From contig JAXGZN010000002.1 of the NCBI GenBank assembly GCA_040776945.1, forward strand, positions 672,001-736,000: a DNA stretch of 64,000 nt, written 5' to 3'. Position 1 is the stretch's first letter, and every line of letters begins with the position of its first letter. The position numbers were made by a program, and so were the translations under genes. The notes under the pieces are model-generated. The model was given only the letters and a program-made list of their open reading frames with translations, made no database searches and was not told the DNA's origin. Origin of the DNA: Methanomassiliicoccaceae archaeon (GTDB lineage Archaea > Thermoplasmatota > Thermoplasmata > Methanomassiliicoccales > Methanomassiliicoccaceae). Shown here in pieces: positions 62,141 through 64,000 of this stretch.

Positions 62141-62338
62141 TCACGCCCTGACCCCGGTGTCCTTGTAGATCCTGATCTCCCCCTTCTCGGGGTCGGCCTC
62201 GACGACAATGTGATCGCCCTCGCCGATACGGGCGGTGACCAGGGCTTGTTTTGACAGATAGGTCTTGCCTATGTCTGTGATCGGCTTGTGCAAGTAGAAC
62301 TTCTCACCAGGCTGATTCTCGTCCCGAGTGCATCCCAT
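62141..62338 (-). CDS. small AbrB/SymE-like protein
   Basis: GKTYLSKQAL..ARIGEGDHIVV. Confidence 0.6.
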   Translation of the reverse strand: MGCTRDENQPGEKFYLHKPITDIGKTYLSKQALVTARIGEGDHIVVEADPEKGEIRIYKDTGVRA

Positions 62339-62467
62339 GCGCAGGGATTAATTCTGTTATATTTAATAGTCCAACGGATAGTATTACTAAATAGACTGGT
62401 CTTAAAAATAATACATTTCCACAAATGTAAGGATAAATTTAATGGATAGGAGTACAATAACGCGTGT

Positions 62468-62671
62468 ATGGCGGAGTTCTTAGATACCGCAGCAGTCAAA
62501 GATAACAATCAAATTACGGTGACCACAAAGGTTAGGGGGGTTTTGAAGGTAAAACAGGGGGACCACCTCGCCTTCTTCAAGCTGGACGAGTACCCGGATG
62601 CCGTTCTGGTGAAGAAATTAGAGACGACGATAGAGCCGGTCACAGCTCTATCATCGAAGAAATCTCGTTGA
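62468..62671 (+). CDS. AbrB/MazE/SpoVT-family DNA-binding protein
   Basis: NQITVTTKVRGVLKVKQGDHLAF. Confidence 0.8.
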   Translation: MAEFLDTAAVKDNNQITVTTKVRGVLKVKQGDHLAFFKLDEYPDAVLVKKLETTIEPVTALSSKKSR

Positions 62672-62864
62672 TCAGCTCTTCCCTTTTTTTCCTAAGCAGA
62701 TCCCTCAGCCCGTCCTCGTTGAAGTGGACGTCGCTGGTCCGTCTGATGACGATCTCTACGGTGTAGATGGAGGTGCTCTCGTGGTCGTGAATTGTCTTGT
62801 TGTCGCAGTCAAGAATCCGGAATGAAACATCCGAAACACCCCGGTCATCGCTAGTTGTTACCAT
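62640..62864 (-). CDS. hypothetical protein
   Basis: 74-aa ORF with protein-like composition. Confidence 0.45.
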   Translation of the reverse strand: MVTTSDDRGVSDVSFRILDCDNKTIHDHESTSIYTVEIVIRRTSDVHFNEDGLRDLLRKKREELINEISSMIEL

Positions 62865-63272
62865 TGTGTTTCACCATTGTTGCGGGTCCATCCGAGGACG
62901 TGTATTAAACCTTGCTACGTTTGGGCGAAAAAAATGGTTGTTTCGTATTACTGGCTCGCCTTTATTGGTTACGGATATCCGTAAAGGGTAGGGGAATATG
63001 GCACCGAACAAGCACCCGGAAACAGGGACAAAGGAATCGAACGGCGCAGGAGTGGGTACGAGCAAACGACCGTTGGCGTAGGATCGGGAGAGGCAAAATC
63101 GCCGAGCCTTCGCTCCTTCTAAGATAAAATGGATTCTTTTTCTATTATTGTTTGTACTCTCTAGGCCCCCTGGCCGGCGGCGGCGATTTATCTGGATGGA
63201 TTGAAAGTAGCCGAGTTCAGCTGGGATCCAATTAGTAAAAAAAGGGTGGTTTTTCGGAGCTCGAGGAGGGCC

Positions 63273-63602
63273 TCAAGCTCGGGACCTCAAATGCTGTTGG
63301 CAGCGCTCGCACTTCGTCGGCGGGGGCTCGGGACCGTCCCGCTTGATGACCCAAAGATGGCCGCAGTGGGGGCACCCCCGGATACCGGCGTTGGCCAGGA
63401 GGGGGTCGTATCGGAACAACCCGTGGGGCTTGAACAGTCCGCCCTGGGCCTCCACCATGGCCAGGAGGCGGCCCAAGGGTGGCTGCTCGCCCTCGGGCAC
63501 CAGGAGGATGCCAACCTCCTCGTCGGCGGCGACAACCACGAGGACCGGGACCCTGTCCCTGATGACGATGGCATGACGATCCACGAGGCTAGAGGCTCCC
63601 AT
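63273..63602 (-). CDS. Zn-ribbon protein
   Basis: CPHCGHLW...PTKCERC; start uncertain. Confidence 0.6.
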   Translation of the reverse strand: MGASSLVDRHAIVIRDRVPVLVVVAADEEVGILLVPEGEQPPLGRLLAMVEAQGGLFKPHGLFRYDPLLANAGIRGCPHCGHLWVIKRDGPEPPPTKCERCQQHLRSRA

Positions 63603-63689
63603 CGAGGCCTCCCCGGTAACGGCGGAAGGCCCAGGCAAGGTAGGCGAGGGCTACGATCAGCCCCCCGCCCAGGAGCGCGGACGTGGGGA

Positions 63690-64000
63690 TCAGGGAACCA
63701 CCGCCGCGAACTTGGCGTCCAGGGCTTCCAGGCGGACCCTCATGGGGTGCTCCCGGGGGACCTTGTGATTGACAACATCGAGGGGCAGGGGGTACATGTC
63801 CTCAATCCGGATGCCGGTGACCGCCGAGACCTCCTGGATGTAGGCTAGGCCCACCCAGGTCAGCCAGTAGGTGTCCGTCCGGGGGCGAGCATACTCCTTG
63901 ACATGGCTCCGTTGGTTGAACACCAGGCCGCGCTTCCTGCACTCGACGAGCGCCACCGAGATCCTGGCGGCGGATAGCCCCACCCTCTGGGAGATGCCGC
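63690..64000 (-). CDS. winged-helix-like protein, 5' end probably outside the window
   Basis: ARISVALVECRKRGLV...YWLTWVG pattern. Confidence 0.55.
   Translation of the reverse strand, partial: GISQRVGLSAARISVALVECRKRGLVFNQRSHVKEYARPRTDTYWLTWVGLAYIQEVSAVTGIRIEDMYPLPLDVVNHKVPREHPMRVRLEALDAKFAAVVP

Larger units (their letters stand above)
60923..64000. mobile_element. left end of an integrated element (provirus/plasmid-like) at tRNA-Ile, continuing beyond the window
   Basis: Integrase convergent on the tRNA 3' end, followed by small regulators and Zn-ribbon/wHTH ORFs; second att not in window. Confidence 0.78.

Noticed and set aside
60498-62144. Long alternative-frame and antisense ORFs (e.g. 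548 aa here, 525 aa at 53983, 486 aa at 47573, 450 aa at 7126)
   Set aside because: They overlap well-supported genes or tRNAs and are the shadow frames expected at high GC.

Overview
GC-rich archaeal DNA, most consistent with Methanomassiliicoccales (Thermoplasmata). This is inferred from archaeal SRP54, TrmY, PheT, class I HMG-CoA reductase, a CoaD-YjjX fusion and BRE/TATA-type promoters; no rRNA or mcr gene is in the window. Most of the window is backbone: signalling genes, peptidases, transporters, purB, ffh, trmY, pheT, hmgA and three tRNAs (Ala-CGC, Ser-TGA, Ile-GAT). Accessory DNA includes (1) a decaying ~10 kb element at tRNA-Ala (21497-31509), bounded by a 17-bp direct repeat that lies inside the 3' end of its own tyrosine integrase. 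It carries type I-G cas remnants, a metal ABC/methyltransferase cassette and a methyltransferase-ATPase chimera, and abuts an older integrase remnant at the same att. (2) The left end of a second element at tRNA-Ile, with a related integrase and a divergent AbrB-like pair. Best leads: an operon of an exported CxCH protein, a membrane polyferredoxin and CcmF in a lineage regarded as cytochrome-free; an integrase whose C-terminus would differ between integrated and excised states; an unannotated paralog pair with an EFxETxxS motif; and a repeated AWTATC-N6-GATAWT palindrome. All family calls are from motif recognition by eye; no database search was run.
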